Under the pieces are notes generated by a model. That model had not been told where the DNA came from and did not search any database. It was given only the letters and a program-made list of their open reading frames with translations. From an uncultured Candidatus Saccharibacteria bacterium (GTDB lineage Bacteria; Patescibacteriota; Minisyncoccia; Phycocordibacterales; UBA9973): 64,000 nt of DNA. Each line of letters opens with the position of its first letter. The first letter of the stretch is position 1. Positions 59,401 through 64,000 of the stretch are shown in pieces. The position numbers and the translations under genes are program-made. Where the stretch lies: contig CAZUQJ010000001.1 of assembly GCA_964622505.1 (NCBI GenBank), positions 44,240 through 108,239 of the forward strand, written 5' to 3'.

Positions 59401-60903
59401 ATGAAAAAGAACACAATTATAGACAATTTAAGAAAAGAGATCGAGAACTTCAGTATGGATATGAAGGTAGAAAAGGTGGGCAAAGTGGTAGAAGTTTTTG
59501 ACGGTATTGCAAAAGTGTCTGGACTCTCTGATATCAAAGCTTCCGAAATGGTCACATTCGCCGGTGGGGAAACAGGTGTGGCATTGAACCTCGAAGAGGA
59601 TTCTGTTGGTATCATCATTTTGTCAGACTTTTCAAAGATCAAAGAAGGTGACGAAGTCCGCGCAACAGGCAAGATCTTGGAAGTCCCTGTTGCCGATGCC
59701 CAAATCGGCCGTGTGCTCAACGCTCTCGGTATGCCAATAGATGGCAAAGGTGCGATCAAGACAGACAAGACAAATCCTATCGAAAAAGTTGCTCCAGGTG
59801 TGGTAACTCGCAAGAGTGTGGACCAACCAGTGCAAACTGGTATCAAAGCTATCGACGCTATTATTCCAATCGGCCGTGGACAGCGTGAGCTTATCATTGG
59901 TGATCGCCAAACAGGAAAGACTGCGATCGCTATCGATGCGATTTTGAACCAAAAAGGCCAGAATATGATCTGTGTGTACGTTTCTATCGGTCAAAAGGAT
60001 TCCAAGCTTCGCAAACTCCAAGCACGTCTGGAAGAAGGGGGTGCGATGGATTACACAATCATCGTTTCTGCAGGTGCGTCCGAACCATCACCATTGGCAT
60101 ACATCGCTCCATATACAGGTGTTGCGATCGCTGAATATTTTATGGATCAAGGTAAGGATGTGCTGATCATTTACGATGATCTTTCCAAACACGCTGTAGC
60201 GTACCGCGAAATTTCACTTCTACTTCGTCGTCCACCAGGCCGTGAAGCTTATCCTGGAGATGTCTTCTACTTGCACTCAAGATTGCTTGAACGTGCTTGC
60301 CGACGCAATGCCGACTACGGTGGTGGATCAATCACAGCCTTGCCGATTATCGAAACTCAAGCGGGCGATATTTCTGCGTACATTCCGACCAACGTGATCT
60401 CGATTACTGACGGACAAATTTTCTTGGAAACTGATTTGTTCTACAAAGGTATCCGCCCTGCGGTAAACGTCGGATTCTCTGTGTCTCGCGTGGGATCAAG
60501 TGCCCAGATCAAAGCCATGAAGAAAGTTGCCGGAACGCTCAAGCTCGACTTGGCGCAATTCCGCGAACTCGAAGCCTTTGCGCAATTCGGATCAGATCTT
60601 GACGATGCAACCAAGCGCCAATTGGAACGTGGCAAGCGTGCAGTGGAAGTCCTCAAACAACCTCAATACTCTCCAGTGATTGTTGAACACCAAGTGGCTG
60701 TATTGTACGCACTTGTAAAAGGCTACATGGATGACATAGCAATCGACAAAATCAAAGAATTTGAAACAGGTTTGGTTGAATACACTGAGCGTGCAGTACC
60801 AGCATTCTTTAAAGAAGTAAAAGAAAAAGGTATGTACTCTGAGGAGTCCGAAGAAGTATTTAAAAAGTCATTAGCGGATTTCAAAACAGGATTTGTAAAA
60901 TAA
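59401..60903 (+). CDS. atpA: ATP synthase subunit alpha
   Basis: [29 protein letters not shown]. Confidence 0.98.
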   Translation: MKKNTIIDNLRKEIENFSMDMKVEKVGKVVEVFDGIAKVSGLSDIKASEMVTFAGGETGVALNLEEDSVGIIILSDFSKIKEGDEVRATGKILEVPVADAQIGRVLNALGMPIDGKGAIKTDKTNPIEKVAPGVVTRKSVDQPVQTGIKAIDAIIPIGRGQRELIIGDRQTGKTAIAIDAILNQKGQNMICVYVSIGQKDSKLRKLQARLEEGGAMDYTIIVSAGASEPSPLAYIAPYTGVAIAEYFMDQGKDVLIIYDDLSKHAVAYREISLLLRRPPGREAYPGDVFYLHSRLLERACRRNADYGGGSITALPIIETQAGDISAYIPTNVISITDGQIFLETDLFYKGIRPAVNVGFSVSRVGSSAQIKAMKKVAGTLKLDLAQFRELEAFAQFGSDLDDATKRQLERGKRAVEVLKQPQYSPVIVEHQVAVLYALVKGYMDDIAIDKIKEFETGLVEYTERAVPAFFKEVKEKGMYSEESEEVFKKSLADFKTGFVK

Positions 60904-60915
60904 AAATTAATCAGG

Positions 60916-61848
60916 ATGGCAAGTACAAAAGAAATCAAATCACGAATAAAGAGTGTCAAGAACACAAAAAAGATCACCAAGGCTATGGAACTTGTTGCTG
61001 CTTCCAAAATGAAGCGCGCGGTTTCTTCGACTTTGGCATCTCGTTTGTATGCTGAGTATTCATGGGAGATTTTGACTTCGATTGCAAATAGTACAGAGGA
61101 GATTTCGCACCCACTTTTTGTACAACGCCCTGTTAAAAATATTTTACTTGTGCTGATTACTTCTAACCGTGGTCTCTGTGGCGCCTACAATGCTCAAGTG
61201 ATAAAGAAATCCCTAGCTTTACTCTCAAACGTAGGTGTTGGACACCTACATAAGGAGGTGTTGGACACCTACAATATAGATACTATTACGATAGGTCGCA
61301 AAGGTGACACTGCAATGCGCCGAATTGGACGTAATGTCATTGCAAGCTTTACCGAATTGCCAGATACAATCAAGCTTGCCGATATAGTGCCAGCGTCGTC
61401 AATGATTATAGATGAATACGCAAGTGGTCGTTATGACAAAGTCCTCGTGGCTTACACCGATTTCGTTTCAGCATTAACTCAAAAGCCAAACATCAAACAA
61501 ATCCTCCCAATTTCAAAAGAGCAGATTAAAGAATTAATAGATACAGTAGGTGAGAATGTTGATAACAAAGAAGAAATTCCTAAAGCCCACATTGACTACA
61601 CTTTTGAAGGTGATCAGGAAGCACTACTCAAATCATTGGCCGAGAAGTTGTCACGAATGCAGATCTACCAAATGCTCCTTGAATCCAATGCCTCCGAGCA
61701 GTCATCGAGAATGGTAGCGATGAAAAACGCATCAGATGCTGCAGGAGAAATGATAGATGATCTGACATTAGTATTCAACAAAGCCCGCCAAGCGTCGATC
61801 ACACAAGAAATATCAGAAATCAGCGCCGGTATGGCAAGTGTAAGTTAA
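60916..61848 (+). CDS. atpG: ATP synthase subunit gamma
   Basis: KITKAMELVAASK, RGLCG, RQASITQEISEI. Confidence 0.97.
   Translation: MASTKEIKSRIKSVKNTKKITKAMELVAASKMKRAVSSTLASRLYAEYSWEILTSIANSTEEISHPLFVQRPVKNILLVLITSNRGLCGAYNAQVIKKSLALLSNVGVGHLHKEVLDTYNIDTITIGRKGDTAMRRIGRNVIASFTELPDTIKLADIVPASSMIIDEYASGRYDKVLVAYTDFVSALTQKPNIKQILPISKEQIKELIDTVGENVDNKEEIPKAHIDYTFEGDQEALLKSLAEKLSRMQIYQMLLESNASEQSSRMVAMKNASDAAGEMIDDLTLVFNKARQASITQEISEISAGMASVS
61231..61274. repeat. 44-bp double-hairpin element inserted in frame in atpG
   Basis: GTAGGTGT-TGG-ACACCTAC-ATAAGG-AGGTGT-TGG-ACACCTACAA; copy of the murE element. Confidence 0.85.
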
Positions 61849-61852
61849 TTAT

Positions 61853-62035
61853 ATGAAATATTTTTTATACACAATTATATTTATACTTTTCGCATCAATC
61901 TTTTTCCCAATTATTCCGATAATGGATAAAGGCCCACGTTGCATTTGCAGTAACATAGGTCCATGTCCGAGTTGCGATGAACCTATGCTGATATTAGAAA
62001 CATTACCCCGAATAGTTTATAAACTTACTCATTAA
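61853..62035 (+). CDS. small membrane protein with CxC..CxxC, inside the atp operon
   Basis: 60-aa ORF filling the atpG-atpD gap. Confidence 0.5.
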   Translation: MKYFLYTIIFILFASIFFPIIPIMDKGPRCICSNIGPCPSCDEPMLILETLPRIVYKLTH

Positions 62036-62056
62036 AATTATTATTAACATTATTAA

Positions 62057-63418
<1,362 letters not shown>

Positions 63419-63423
63419 AAACA

Positions 63424-63867
63424 ATGTCAACAAAATTAGAATTAAAAATAGTCACCCCAGAGCGATTGATTCTCCAAGAAATGGTAGATCAAGTGACTTT
63501 GCCGACAGAAAATGGTGAGATCACAATCCTTCCAGGACATATTCCTTTGATTTCAGGATTGGCATCGGGCGATATTGTGGCCATGACTGATGGCGAATAT
63601 GTGCCAATGGCTGTATCTGGTGGATTTATTGAGGTAAAAAAGGAAGGGGAGAAAACTTTTGTAGCCATTCTTGCCGATTTCGCCGAACATGTAAGTAATA
63701 TTACTGATGAAGAAATTGTCAAAGCAAAAGCCAAAGCCGAAGAGCTTCGAAAACTCGCACTCGACAAAGGCACAGTGGATTACGAACACTTTGCAGTCGA
63801 ACTTGAACGTTCACTGACAAGAGTCAAAATTGCTGATAAATGGAAGAGTAAAAAATATAGAAAATAA
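63424..63867 (+). CDS. atpC: ATP synthase subunit epsilon
   Basis: IVTPER, GEITILPGH, SGGFIEV. Confidence 0.94.
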   Translation: MSTKLELKIVTPERLILQEMVDQVTLPTENGEITILPGHIPLISGLASGDIVAMTDGEYVPMAVSGGFIEVKKEGEKTFVAILADFAEHVSNITDEEIVKAKAKAEELRKLALDKGTVDYEHFAVELERSLTRVKIADKWKSKKYRK

Positions 63868-64000
63868 TTTGAGTAGATAGCAAGAAAGGGTAAACATACA
63901 TTTTATAGTAGTTTACCCTTTTTTGATTTAATTGTATTGATATGCCAATACTCCAATTTTTTCAGATATTATGCATTTTTCAATTTCATTTTGAAGCATT

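Overview
Gene-dense, AT-rich bacterial window. The reduced gene set, lack of Shine-Dalgarno sites, large Cys-rich protein, split transketolase and F-type ATPase operon fit a Patescibacteria/CPR (Parcubacteria-like) genome; this is inferred, not searched. Housekeeping content: pyrC-carAB-pyrB, dnaX, mur/dcw genes, lysS, prs, obg, gatB, gap and pentose-phosphate genes, rplY, rpmE, prfA, the atp operon and three tRNAs (Gln, Glu, Ile). The standout locus is 35539-37337: a 432-aa Nop/IS110-C-terminal-like protein followed immediately by 11 units of edge repeat (TGTTTTAAAACCA), 9-nt spacer A, loop repeat (TGTGAAAAACCA) and 9-nt spacer B. This is a TIGR-Tas-type RNA-guided system with several atypical traits: an unassigned N-terminal domain, a Zn-ribbon insertion, a repeat-like motif over its own start codon, a hairpin-interrupted first unit, and DnaQ exonuclease and repeat-bearing helicase neighbours. 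Other notable signals are short palindromic elements inserted in frame in core proteins (murE, atpG, murD, gatB), structured elements at tRNA 3' ends, pervasive leaderless-type promoters, a pyrL-like attenuator and a PnuC-like pseudogene.
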